From assembly GCA_964527365.1 (NCBI GenBank), contig CAZGQV010000003.1:8668-72667 (forward strand): DNA of 64,000 nt, in the 5' to 3' direction. Every line of letters begins with the position of its first letter. The stretch's first letter is position 1. The stretch is from Candidatus Woesearchaeota archaeon (GTDB lineage: Archaea > Nanobdellota > Nanobdellia > Pacearchaeales > GW2011-AR1). A program made the translations under genes and the position numbers. The notes beneath the pieces are model-generated. The model searched no databases. It was not told where the DNA came from and saw nothing but the letters and a program-made list of their open reading frames with translations. This document shows positions 29,722 through 39,127 of the stretch, piece after piece.

Positions 29722-29985
29722 CTATTCTCTAGGTTCTCTTGGTTTAGCTTCGTTAACAGTCAATGCTCTTCCGTCTAATTCTTTTTCGTTCATTTCTGCT
29801 ACTGCTTTATCAGCATCAGCATCATTTACAAAAGTAATAAAACCGAATCCTTTTGATTTTCTGCTATCAAATTTATCAAGAATAACTGTGGCATCTTCAA
29901 TTTCTCCAAATTTTTCAAAAGCTTCTCTAAGCTCTTTTCCTCGAACTTTGAATGATAAATTACCAACAAATACTTTTTTACTCAT
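29722..29985 (-). CDS. RRM-type RNA-binding protein, paralog 2
   Basis: MSKKVFVGNLSF (RNP-2) and KGFGFITF (RNP-1). The start region, including the SD (aggaggaaaattaagATG), is nearly identical to that of paralog 1. Confidence 0.75.
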   Translation of the reverse strand: MSKKVFVGNLSFKVRGKELREAFEKFGEIEDATVILDKFDSRKSKGFGFITFVNDADADKAVAEMNEKELDGRALTVNEAKPREPRE

Positions 29986-30188
29986 CTTAATTTTCCTCCT
30001 TTCAAGCACTTTAAACATGGTCAGAGGTAGAACTCTTAATCAATTTTTACGCCGAACAGGACAAATCTTTTACAAATCAAGGCTTTATAAGTTTTTACAT
30101 AGCCCATTTATTCTCAATCTCTATTTCTAACTAAACTCAATTTATGTCCTCCAGCGGATACAGATAATTTATTTTATCAATTTCCCAC

Positions 30189-30467
30189 TCAACTAAACTC
30201 AATATATTTTCGATAAGTTCTAAGTAAATTCAAATTCTTTAATAAAAAACCACAAAACCTTTCAGCATCATTCCTTTCTTTCATAGTTGAATAATCATAA
30301 AAACTATTCAATTCCTCTTTTCCGATATCCCCCGCAGAATAAGCATTCCCTTCCGGACTCACAATCAAATAATCCTTCTCTTTACACAACTTCTTCAACT
30401 TCCAACCACAATTAAAAAATTTCTTTACCTTATTTTCTAACGAGGCTTTTCTTTGCAATTTATTCAT
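30189..30467 (-). CDS. hypothetical protein
   Basis: 92-aa ORF. Confidence 0.25.
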   Translation of the reverse strand: MNKLQRKASLENKVKKFFNCGWKLKKLCKEKDYLIVSPEGNAYSAGDIGKEELNSFYDYSTMKERNDAERFCGFLLKNLNLLRTYRKYIEFS

Positions 30468-30553
30468 CCTCTTAAACCCAAAAATTCAGTTAAATAGATG
30501 ACTTTTCCCTAGTCAAGAGAAACAACAATCTTTTAAAGAAAACCTAAAAATAT

Positions 30554-31429
30554 TTACCTAAATCCACCCAAGGTCTCCAAAAAAGGAATAATTTCTTTTG
30601 GATGTTCCATTATTGTATCAGCTCCAGCATCAATTAATTTTTGTTTATCCTTAACAAATCCCCAAGTAACTCCGACAACGTACGCATCAGTTGACCTAGG
30701 AGCCGTCATAATATTTTTGTAAGCATGAATCCCATTAACAGTATCCTCAAATGCAACAACTTCACTCGGATGAACCCCCAATGCATTTACAGTAAGCATT
30801 GCAGATAAACTATTTGGTTTTTCAATATAATGTTTCATATCACTAGGAATCAATTTAGTCAAAAATTCAATATTATCATAATTTATATTATCTTGTTTAA
30901 TCTTTCCATTTACCAAAATTTTCAAAATATCGTCATATGTTACAATACTGTCAAAACATCCAGAGATACCTGATTTATTTAACAATTTATCTAAACTAGC
31001 TCTCCCCTTAGTTGTATTAATTCCCAACCTTAATCGAGTCATTCTATTTGGACTAGCAATTCCCCTGTTATACACTTCAGAAATAATATTTTTCATATCA
31101 ACTCCTCCCATCTTTATTGTGTCCAAAGGATTTTTTGCACAATAATTATTATATTCTTTCCAAATTTTAGCTTCATTGCCTTCCCATTTCACATAAGAAA
31201 TATTATCATACAAAGCAGGCATACCTCCACCTGCATAAATCTTATTATAATAATCCATCCACTCATCTGTATAATCTCCAAATTCCTTAGATTTATCTCC
31301 CATCTTTTCATGAATAAATTTTTGCCAATCATAATGAAAATCCATGGAAGCATAAGTAACCCCATCCATATCAAAAATAACAGAACGTAATGGTTGTTGA
31401 ATTTTATTTGTAGATGTAATGATTTCCAT
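30554..31429 (-). CDS. HAD-superfamily hydrolase
   Basis: Motif I VIFDMDGVTY and a C-terminal EDTVNGIHAYKN..AP (motif III/IV-like). Confidence 0.55.
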   Translation of the reverse strand: MEIITSTNKIQQPLRSVIFDMDGVTYASMDFHYDWQKFIHEKMGDKSKEFGDYTDEWMDYYNKIYAGGGMPALYDNISYVKWEGNEAKIWKEYNNYCAKNPLDTIKMGGVDMKNIISEVYNRGIASPNRMTRLRLGINTTKGRASLDKLLNKSGISGCFDSIVTYDDILKILVNGKIKQDNINYDNIEFLTKLIPSDMKHYIEKPNSLSAMLTVNALGVHPSEVVAFEDTVNGIHAYKNIMTAPRSTDAYVVGVTWGFVKDKQKLIDAGADTIMEHPKEIIPFLETLGGFR

Positions 31430-31475
31430 AAAAAATTAACCAAATATCCACTTAAAAGAATTATTGTGCTATATT

Positions 31476-31928
31476 TTACAATCTTTTTGCCATTTCAACA
31501 AAAGAAAGTGGCTCTTTTGAAAGACCAACAAGAATTTCTCCAGATAAATATCCTTGACTCAAATAAAATTTTTCTGAATTCAAAGTAGAATACAAATAAA
31601 TTTCCCAGTAACTTTTTTTCTTAATCTTCTTTTCAGCAAATTTTAATAATTTTTTTCCATAACCACGGCCAACAGAACTAGGACAAACATACAACCCATC
31701 AATTTTATTTTCACAAAAAGAAACAGAACCAATCACTTTTCCCTTTTTCTTTAAACAATATATTTCACAATCATTAAACTCCTCTAAAATTTTCTCAGGA
31801 GTTTGGTCTTCAATTAATTCTTTTACAGCATTAGAAGAATAACAATTAGAATTCACATTACCAATAGAATTTCTACGACAATTAGAAATCTCCGATACAT
31901 CACCTTTTTTTGCTGAGACTACTCTCAT
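31476..31928 (-). CDS. GNAT-family N-acetyltransferase
   Basis: RGYGKKLLKFAEKK (an acetyl-CoA binding Q/RxxGxG/A motif), 150 aa. Confidence 0.6.
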   Translation of the reverse strand: MRVVSAKKGDVSEISNCRRNSIGNVNSNCYSSNAVKELIEDQTPEKILEEFNDCEIYCLKKKGKVIGSVSFCENKIDGLYVCPSSVGRGYGKKLLKFAEKKIKKKSYWEIYLYSTLNSEKFYLSQGYLSGEILVGLSKEPLSFVEMAKRL

Positions 31929-32085
31929 GAGATATTTATGAAAACCCCCTTAAAAAAGAAATATGTAACTATAAAACAGATGTTCAAAAATGATTAAACA
32001 ACGCCAATTTCCCCCTTACAAATATTTGGTTCAATTTATGTCCCCGCTGGAAATAATAATTCCCTTTTTTTATCCCACAAACTAC

Positions 32086-32763
32086 TCAACCCCTAAGAAA
32101 ATTCACAACCCCACCATTATTGCTCCCCGAGGGATGGGGTAACACAATTACTTCTTTACCATTTTCTTCCAAAATTTCTTTAATTGATCTATCTCCAATT
32201 AACTTTTGATTAATAATAAACTCATTCTTCTTTCCAAAAAAAATTATCTTCTTTAAACTATTTCGCAATAAAATATCTTGAAGAAATTTATTTTTGATAC
32301 ATTTTTTAGCAAAATCAAATTTCAAGGGATTAAACTCATCAGATCTTCCTTTTCCTTCTTTTAATGAAGCACATTTCACTAAAGATGTTATTAAAAAATA
32401 TTCAGAATTATTAAAATCAAAATAATCTCCAATTTCAAATTCAAGAAATTTATCAATTTCTATTTTTCGAAGCATTAAAGAAATATTTTTATTTATCTTA
32501 TTAAAGCTAGCAGTTTCTTTTGCTTTTAAAAAATCTCCATGCAAATTAAAATCCTCAACCAATTTACTTATTTGATTAAATCCAGGACATAATCCAACTA
32601 AAGCAATTAAAGGTTTTTTAGGATTATTTTCAATCATACTAAAATAAAGAAATCTATCTCCTTCTTTTAATAAAACCAAATCTTTTTCAGAAATGATTTT
32701 TTTATTAATTTCATTTAACTTTCCCCCACAAAATAATTCGCAATAATCTTTTGCTCTTATCAT
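32086..32763 (-). CDS. uracil-DNA glycosylase superfamily-like protein (divergent)
   Basis: An N-terminal LIALVGLCPGFNQ (motif A-like, GExPG) and a C-terminal VLPHPSGSNNGG (motif B HPSPxN-like). Confidence 0.35.
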   Translation of the reverse strand: MIRAKDYCELFCGGKLNEINKKIISEKDLVLLKEGDRFLYFSMIENNPKKPLIALVGLCPGFNQISKLVEDFNLHGDFLKAKETASFNKINKNISLMLRKIEIDKFLEFEIGDYFDFNNSEYFLITSLVKCASLKEGKGRSDEFNPLKFDFAKKCIKNKFLQDILLRNSLKKIIFFGKKNEFIINQKLIGDRSIKEILEENGKEVIVLPHPSGSNNGGVVNFLRG

Positions 32764-33431
32764 TCAACCTCAATCTCCGCCCTAAAACTATGACTTCCTT
32801 CAACCTTAATTTTATGACTAACAACTTTCAAAGGTTTAGAATACATTGGACAATCCAATACAAAAGATTCAAACTCTCCCCCTTCACCCGCAACATGAAT
32901 CTTATATTTTTCATTCAAGGAAATAACTTCTCCAATGAATTTTTCATCAATTTCTCGGAGTAGCCACGATCCATCCAAAGGATAAGCAAATACTCCAACA
33001 ATAATAACTTTAAAATTAGCTTTAATCAATTCATGTAAATACTCCGTTTCATTTTTTTTCCACAAAGGATTAAAACATTTTAATTTTAATTTATCACAAA
33101 TCTTCTGAATTCTAGATGCCTGGTAAACCGATTGTATGGCCCCCGTAATAATCCCTTCGATTCCATATTCTTCCTTCACTTTCAAAATAGCCCTTTCTAA
33201 ATCTTCAAGTTCAATTTCTTTTTCCCCCTGTGTTTTTTCAATAATTAATGGAATATTCATAACCTCGGCTTGTTTTACAACCTTTTCAACCGATGGAGTA
33301 TGAAACATATAACTCTCTTTATTTTCAGAAAAAATTGAAACAAGACAAACTATTTCATGCCCCGCATTCTTCATTAAATAAGTTGCATAAACTGAATCTT
33401 TCCCTCCAGAAAATAATGATGCTAGTTTCAT
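32760..33431 (-). CDS. PP-loop ATP pyrophosphatase, MJ0570/Dph6-like (diphthine-ammonia ligase ATP-binding domain)
   Basis: SGGKDS PP-loop at the N-terminus, the C-terminal EGGEFE..LDCP motif, and a 223-aa length. Confidence 0.7.
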   Translation of the reverse strand: MKLASLFSGGKDSVYATYLMKNAGHEIVCLVSIFSENKESYMFHTPSVEKVVKQAEVMNIPLIIEKTQGEKEIELEDLERAILKVKEEYGIEGIITGAIQSVYQASRIQKICDKLKLKCFNPLWKKNETEYLHELIKANFKVIIVGVFAYPLDGSWLLREIDEKFIGEVISLNEKYKIHVAGEGGEFESFVLDCPMYSKPLKVVSHKIKVEGSHSFRAEIEVE

Positions 33432-33579
33432 AACAAATCAAATTTTTTTCTATTTATAATAATTACTAATTAACCCGATAATTTAACTCAAGAAATTTTT
33501 CCACTTAACTACTTCTTCCCCAAAAAACGAAAAGTAAATCTGCATTTAGCGATTTAATTGAGCAAGAGAAATAATTCAT

Positions 33580-33858
33580 TTATTTCTTTTTGGAAATTAT
33601 TCTGGAAATATGTTCTAAAGTACTTTCCATCAATTCAGGATTTTTATCTAAAATTTTTTTTATCTCTCTTTGATTTTCTATTAAATCAATTGTATTCAAA
33701 ACTTTCTTTCTTCCATCAAAATAATAAAAAATATTATCTACAAAACCATGTGGATTTAAATTTGTTTTAATATAATTTAATTTAGATTCGGGAATATCTT
33801 TAAATTTTTCATAAATTGAGCCTTTCAAGCGATTTAAATTTGAAACATCTATTGCCAT
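33580..33858 (-). CDS. hypothetical protein
   Basis: 92-aa ORF. Confidence 0.25.
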   Translation of the reverse strand: MAIDVSNLNRLKGSIYEKFKDIPESKLNYIKTNLNPHGFVDNIFYYFDGRKKVLNTIDLIENQREIKKILDKNPELMESTLEHISRIISKKK

Positions 33859-33888
33859 AAAAAATTAACCAAATATTACTTTATAAAT

Positions 33889-34749
33889 TTATTTGGCCTC
33901 AAGTTCAAGAGCATCTTCAGCAGTAACAACATCTCCTGCTTTCAATGTTTCTTCTGACCAATTCCCATCAATTAAATCCTGATAAGGATGAGGATTATGT
34001 TTCAAAAAAATATGCTTCAACCAAATATGAATTTCATCAAAATGATTTTCTTGCTCAAGCCATAATTCCCCATTGCTTTCTAATTGCAAAACCGGGAAAA
34101 AGGATAAGGCTCTTTCCTCTTTCTTTTCTCCAATGATTCTTGTATAACTAACTCTTTTATGGGATTTATTTGCATCAAAATAAAGCAAAACTTTTCCATG
34201 AATAGATTTCAATTTACTTTTTATATTAAAATTATTTTTAGGTAAACTAATTCCCGTTTCCCGAAGAGCATTCTTATCAACAATTGTTTTTTTTATTCTT
34301 CTATTTTCAGTAATAATTGCTTTATTCAAAGATTCAATTAATTCGTCCAAAGTTACTTTTCTAAAACGGGGCATGGGACTCCTCGGAATAAGTCCAGGAA
34401 TATCTTCATCAAGTTCAATCCTTTCAAGTTCCCTGGGCTCACGTTTTTCTTCTTCACCAAATAAAATACTATCAATTGACCTCAAATATTTGCTCAAAAT
34501 TAATTCTGATTTAATTCTCAAAAGTAATGTCGCTGCAAGTAAAACCTTGCTTGAAACAAAAAAATCAATTTCCTCATATTCTTGGATTTTAATTAAAAAT
34601 CCCTCAACCAAAATTCCAATATCAATATTCCAAGGGTCAAGCTCTTCAGTATTAATTAAATCATAAATAATGTCTTGCCACCCCATCTCTCGATTAAATA
34701 ATAAATCATGGATTTGATCCTGATTAACCCCTCTTTGTTCACCTCCCAT
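33889..34749 (-). CDS. scpA: segregation and condensation protein A (ScpA, kleisin)
   Basis: IIYDLINTEELDPWNIDIGILVEGFL...VLLAATLLLRIKSELILSKY matches the ScpA N-terminal consensus. Confidence 0.65.
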   Translation of the reverse strand: MGGEQRGVNQDQIHDLLFNREMGWQDIIYDLINTEELDPWNIDIGILVEGFLIKIQEYEEIDFFVSSKVLLAATLLLRIKSELILSKYLRSIDSILFGEEEKREPRELERIELDEDIPGLIPRSPMPRFRKVTLDELIESLNKAIITENRRIKKTIVDKNALRETGISLPKNNFNIKSKLKSIHGKVLLYFDANKSHKRVSYTRIIGEKKEERALSFFPVLQLESNGELWLEQENHFDEIHIWLKHIFLKHNPHPYQDLIDGNWSEETLKAGDVVTAEDALELEAK

Positions 34750-35021
34750 AGATTAATTACTCAGTTTTATTTTATAAAAACTATTATTTGAAAAAACCCA
34801 AAAGTAACAACCGCAATTGACTACTTTAAAACAATCAACTCTTGTCATTTTGAAAGAGTAACAATAACGAAACATTTATATACTATTATTTGCTCAATAT
34901 AATATCACCTCTTTTTACCCAGGAGAGGAAACTTACTAACTATTTTTTTGGTGAGAATAATCTCCTAGGTTTTTTTTAACTCTTTCAAATATTATGTTAA
35001 AAACCCATTAAATATCATTAA

Positions 35022-35324
35022 TTATTTCATAAATTCACCAATATTCTCTTGGTAAATAATCGTTCCAGCATTTCCAAGACAATCTTCAATATTTTCAGAT
35101 TGACAACCATCAATTAATTTTCTAACTTGATCAACATGTGGCTCTTGAAGAAGAAAAACCATTACACATTTTCCGTCTTCAACCAAATTACTATCTAGAC
35201 AAAGATAATAATCATTAATTTGTGTTGCCCAAGATAAAATTGACAAAACCCCCATTATAATTAAAAAAATCCGAGCATATTTCCAATTTTTTTTAAGATA
35301 CTTAAAAAATCTTTTCTTGTTCAT
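35022..35324 (-). CDS. small membrane/secreted Cys-containing protein
   Basis: 100 aa with an N-terminal TM segment. Confidence 0.3.
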   Translation of the reverse strand: MNKKRFFKYLKKNWKYARIFLIIMGVLSILSWATQINDYYLCLDSNLVEDGKCVMVFLLQEPHVDQVRKLIDGCQSENIEDCLGNAGTIIYQENIGEFMK

Positions 35325-35619
35325 AAATCTTGTAGATAAAAATAGTATAAAACTTTACTCTTTTTTCTCAGATGTAAAAAATTCAAAATAATGACATTTA
35401 ACACAATAAAAATTAATACTTGGTCCTAATCTTTAACCAAACTAAAAATAAAATACAAAAAACAGCCATAACTCCAAAAAAAGTATATAATTTATTCTCA
35501 AAAATTTTACCAGCATATTCTGGAAATGCTACAAAAAATATAATAATTAAAGCAACCAAAGATATAACGTCCCAATATTTGTTTTCCATATTTATAATAA
35601 AAATCTTTTTTTTAAAAAC

Positions 35620-35835
35620 CTACTCTTTTTTCTCAGCTGTAAAGAATTCAGAATAATGACATTTGCCACAGTAAACTCTTTCTTTAGTTTCCATTAAGAA
35701 AATCCCCGGACCACATCTTGGACAAGTTCTTGCTCGAGTAACAGTGTCACCATTAATAGTATATTTTGTATATTTCTTACTGGTCGGTTTATTCTTATGT
35801 GGTTTCTTTCCTTTTTTTACTATTTTTTTTACCAT
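35620..35835 (-). CDS. rps27ae: 30S ribosomal protein S27ae
   Basis: A basic N-terminus plus a C4 zinc ribbon CPRCGPGIFLME...CGKCHYSEF. Confidence 0.8.
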   Translation of the reverse strand: MVKKIVKKGKKPHKNKPTSKKYTKYTINGDTVTRARTCPRCGPGIFLMETKERVYCGKCHYSEFFTAEKKE

Positions 35836-35836
35836 T

Positions 35837-36349
35837 TTATTCTGATTTTTCCTCTACTTTTTCTTCCTTAACTTCTTTGTCCTCAGCCCCACCATTTGAA
35901 GGTACATCTAAGCCCCCCTTTCCAGGAGTCATGCCCGTAGCATCAGGTGATGTCTCTTCCGTGGGTTTTTCAGTTTCTACTTTGGCAACAACTTTAGCTT
36001 CTTTTTCAGCTTTCTTGGCCTCTTCTTCAGCAGCCTTAGTTTCCTCTTCAGCTTTTTTCTTTTCTTCTAAAATATTTTTTTCAGCTTCAAGTTCTTGTTT
36101 AGTTTTTTTAACAATTCGATTAAATTCTTCAATTGAATCATAAATATCTACAGTAACAACAAAAACACTAACTCCAAATTTACCAATAATATCTCTAATT
36201 CTAATCAAACTTTCATCAACTTTAAACTTTTTAGCAATTATTTTTTTTGATTCTTCTTTACTAGGAGTAACTTCATTTTTGACTTCTATTTTTACTTCAT
36301 TTCTTGAAAACAAAGCATTCTTTTTTTCTTGTAATATTTTAATTTCCAT
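35837..36349 (-). CDS. rps24e: 30S ribosomal protein S24e with a long Lys/Glu/Ala-rich C-terminal extension
   Basis: An S24e core (LFSRNEVKIEV...KFKVDESLIRIRDI...) followed by a low-complexity extension of about 70 aa. Confidence 0.75.
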   Translation of the reverse strand: MEIKILQEKKNALFSRNEVKIEVKNEVTPSKEESKKIIAKKFKVDESLIRIRDIIGKFGVSVFVVTVDIYDSIEEFNRIVKKTKQELEAEKNILEEKKKAEEETKAAEEEAKKAEKEAKVVAKVETEKPTEETSPDATGMTPGKGGLDVPSNGGAEDKEVKEEKVEEKSE

Positions 36350-36350
36350 T

Positions 36351-36569
36351 TTATCTAGTTTTGATAGCGAAATCTCCTTCGCCAGTTATATTTAAATTTT
36401 GAGCAATTACCGATTTTTCATGATCAAGTACATAAACTTTTCCTTTAAAGGATTCTGTATTTTCTTTTGATTCACAATTTGGACATTTATCTCCTTCTTC
36501 ATAAATCTTCTTACAAATTTTACATGCTTTTTCTTTTATTTTTGCCATTTTAACAACCTGTTCCCCCAT
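36351..36569 (-). CDS. spt4: transcription elongation factor Spt4 (RpoE'')
   Basis: C4 zinc ribbon CKIC...CPNC followed by YVLDHEKSVIA. Confidence 0.7.
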   Translation of the reverse strand: MGEQVVKMAKIKEKACKICKKIYEEGDKCPNCESKENTESFKGKVYVLDHEKSVIAQNLNITGEGDFAIKTR

Positions 36570-36574
36570 TCATT

Positions 36575-37204
36575 TTATTTTTTCGCTCCCTTGGCAGCTT
36601 TCTGATTTGTTTTTGTAACTTTCTGATTTGTTTTTGTAATTTTCTTTAAATCCGCTTCTGCTTTCTGTTTATCTTCCTTAATCCAATCCAATTTTCCAAG
36701 TCCAGGTTGTCTCATAGTAAGCCCAACTTTGGGATCATCTCCCTTGTGGCTAATTGCTACAACTCTTGCCATACATAAATCCCCTTCTTTCAAAACTCTT
36801 CCACTTGCTTTTCCTGAAAGACTTCCAGCATCACTAAAACTTACATAATCATCCATTGTTTGACTAATGTGAATCATTCCTTTCATCGGACCCATTTCAA
36901 TAAATGCTCCAAAATTTGTAATTTCAGTAATTTTGCCATAAATTAATTCTTGTAAATCGGGCTTCCAAGCAAGTACCTTGAATGTAGATTTGTAATAAGC
37001 AGCACCATCTCCCGGAATAATAACTCCCTCACCAATTTCAATTATTTCAACAATAGAAACAACTTTTCCAACTTCTTTATCATAATATTCAGAATAAGTA
37101 TCTTCTAATTGTTCACTAATAGCCTGCCGAGTATCCATACCAAATAATTTTGGGTCTACACGCACATAATCCTCAACTTCTGTTAAATAAAACATCTTAA
37201 TCAA
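36575..37204 (-). CDS. rpoE: DNA-directed RNA polymerase subunit E' (Rpo7) with S1 domain and a Lys-rich tail
   Basis: MFYLTEVEDYVRVDPKLFG... (Rpb7 N-domain) and an S1 domain (GKITEITNFGAFIEMG). The tail contains the duplicated KVTKTNQ. Confidence 0.8.
   Translation of the reverse strand: MIKMFYLTEVEDYVRVDPKLFGMDTRQAISEQLEDTYSEYYDKEVGKVVSIVEIIEIGEGVIIPGDGAAYYKSTFKVLAWKPDLQELIYGKITEITNFGAFIEMGPMKGMIHISQTMDDYVSFSDAGSLSGKASGRVLKEGDLCMARVVAISHKGDDPKVGLTMRQPGLGKLDWIKEDKQKAEADLKKITKTNQKVTKTNQKAAKGAKK
36598..36639. repeat. perfect 21-bp tandem duplication (ctttctgatttgtttttgtaa x2) in the 3' end of rpoE
   Basis: Direct adjacent copies, encoding KVTKTNQ x2 on the minus strand. Confidence 0.85.
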
Positions 37205-37253
37205 AACTTAAATGAAATTTCCATTTAAAAAGCTTTTGGGTTCCCTCGTTAAA

Positions 37254-37625
37254 TTACTGTAACTCCAATTTTTTTTTGTTCCTTAAAACCATTTTCCTAT
37301 TTGATACACTTTTCTTAAGTTCCTTATCCATTGTAGCCAAAACATAAGTTGGATGTTCCTTCAAAAACGTCTTAATTCCAATGTCAACATACTTTCCTGG
37401 ACAACTAACTTCATCATAATCTTGCGCTTTAATTAGTTTTAAGGCCAACTCTGCTTCTTCTCTGAACTTCAGAGCTTTAGAACCATCTCTTAATCTTTTA
37501 ATCTCCTCAATTACTTCTTTAGGAATTGCAACCCGGTGGCCCTTCATCAAAAGTTCTTCATGAAAATCAACTTTATTTCCAATGCAATAAAGAATAAAAT
37601 TTGTATCCAATAAAACCCTTGCCAT
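37254..37625 (-). CDS. PIN-domain protein (VapC-like)
   Basis: MARVLLDTNFILY has an N-terminal Asp in a PIN context. The conserved acidic residues D..E..D follow, over 123 aa. Confidence 0.55.
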   Translation of the reverse strand: MARVLLDTNFILYCIGNKVDFHEELLMKGHRVAIPKEVIEEIKRLRDGSKALKFREEAELALKLIKAQDYDEVSCPGKYVDIGIKTFLKEHPTYVLATMDKELKKSVSNRKMVLRNKKKLELQ

Positions 37626-37655
37626 AAAAACATTTAGAAAAGGAAGTATAAATAA

Positions 37656-37985
37656 TTAATCTAAATCTTTCTCCGAACGAACATGTCTTTTATTTTGAAA
37701 AAAACTCGCCACAGCTTCCTGAATAAACCAAGGTTTTAAATGCCCTTCTTTTTCTTTTAATTTATCGACTAAATTACCTTCCTTGTGGTAACTATATAAC
37801 TCTTTAGCCTCACTAACTTGAAAATATGGAATTGGATGTACATTTTGAATATCAACAATCCAACTTTCAGGTTTATATTTTGCAACATAATTTTCCAAAT
37901 CAATTGCTAATAAATTATACCCTTTTGCTATTTCCACCATACAAAATATAAAATAAAACAATATATAAATCTTACTCTTTGTCAC
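37656..37985 (-). CDS. hypothetical protein
   Basis: 109-aa ORF. Confidence 0.25.
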   Translation of the reverse strand: MTKSKIYILFYFIFCMVEIAKGYNLLAIDLENYVAKYKPESWIVDIQNVHPIPYFQVSEAKELYSYHKEGNLVDKLKEKEGHLKPWFIQEAVASFFQNKRHVRSEKDLD

Positions 37986-38025
37986 AACTTTAAAATAACA
38001 ACTAAATAATTAATCTATCTTTATC

Positions 38026-38041
38026 AAAAAAATTTATAACC
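38026..38041 (+). promoter_or_regulatory. TATA/BRE-like box (aaaaatttataacc) about 24 nt upstream of the ATG at 38062
   Basis: Recurring motif heading the three-gene operon. Confidence 0.4.
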
Positions 38042-38061
38042 TGCATTCTCCTACCAATAAA

Positions 38062-38616
38062 ATGAAAGAGCGTGAAAACAGTTTACTTATTTTGAAAAAA
38101 ACTTTAAAAACAATTCAAAAAGATAATCCAACACCACTTAAAGAATTGAGTGATCAAACAATTCATTCTGCATCAAAAGGAGATATCGATAATTTAAACA
38201 TAGCAATAATTGTTTATTCTCTAGGAAAAATACTCTCAAGAGCAGATTACCGAACATTAAAGGGTTGGGATTCTTTTAGAAGAATAGCAATAACTGCTTT
38301 AAAATGTTCAATAAATGATTTAGAAAATAACAATGAAAAAAAATTTAGAAAAGATTTTAATTTAATAAGAAAAGCCATCAATAAAATTTCTGGAAAATTA
38401 AAAATATATATTGAAGAAGTATTCAAAAAAGCTGAAATAGCAAAAGCTTCAAGAATTCATGAACATGGAATTTCAGCAGAAAAAACAGCAAAAATGCTTG
38501 GAATATCAATGTTTGATTTACAAAATTATACGGGGCAAACAAGAATTTCTGAAGTTCCCTTAAACCAAACAATAAATGTAAAAACAAGAATCAAAATGTT
38601 AGAGGAATTATTTTAA
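38062..38616 (+). CDS. hypothetical protein with a C-terminal HTH-like segment; first gene of a coupled three-gene operon
   Basis: 184 aa. ISAEKTAKMLGISMFDLQNYTG resembles an HTH. The stop lies 2 nt before the next start. Confidence 0.3.
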   Translation: MKERENSLLILKKTLKTIQKDNPTPLKELSDQTIHSASKGDIDNLNIAIIVYSLGKILSRADYRTLKGWDSFRRIAITALKCSINDLENNNEKKFRKDFNLIRKAINKISGKLKIYIEEVFKKAEIAKASRIHEHGISAEKTAKMLGISMFDLQNYTGQTRISEVPLNQTINVKTRIKMLEELF

Positions 38617-38617
38617 A

Positions 38618-39127
38618 ATGAATGGACAAACATTAGAATTTGCAACAAAAAAACATGAAGGCCAAGTAAGAAAATTTAAAGAGGAAGCTTACATAAAACA
38701 CCCAAAAAATGTTGCAAAAATAATAAAAGAAAATAAAAAGAGTCACAAGATTAATGAATTACTTGCAGCAGCATTGCTCCATGACACATTAGAAGACACA
38801 AATACAACAGAACAAGAACTCAAAAAAAATTTTGGAAAATTGATAACTTCAATTGTAAAAGAATTGACAACTGACGAAAATGAAAAAGAAAAAATTGGGA
38901 AAAAAGAATATCTTGCAAATAAAATGTCTAACAGGAGTAGTTGGGCTTTGGTGATAAAATTAGCAGATAGATTGGACAATGTTTCTGATATAAAAAATAG
39001 CCCACAAGAATTTAAAAAAAAATATATTGAAGAAACTAATTTTATTTTAAAAAAAATAGAAAACAATAGGGAACTATCTAAAACACATAAAAAAATAATT
39101 AAAAAAATAAAGGAAAAATTAAAATGA
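38618..39127 (+). CDS. RelA/SpoT-type HD-domain hydrolase (small alarmone hydrolase, Mesh1/SpoT-like)
   Basis: ATKKHEGQVRKFKEEAYIKHPKNVAKII...LLAAALLHDTLEDTNTTEQELKKNFG..ITSIVKELT...ALVIKLADRLDN aligns motif by motif with the (p)ppGpp-hydrolase HD domain consensus (KxHxGQxRKxGEPYIxHP...AALLHDxxEDT...FG...VxxLT...LIKLADRLHN). Confidence 0.7.
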   Translation: MNGQTLEFATKKHEGQVRKFKEEAYIKHPKNVAKIIKENKKSHKINELLAAALLHDTLEDTNTTEQELKKNFGKLITSIVKELTTDENEKEKIGKKEYLANKMSNRSSWALVIKLADRLDNVSDIKNSPQEFKKKYIEETNFILKKIENNRELSKTHKKIIKKIKEKLK

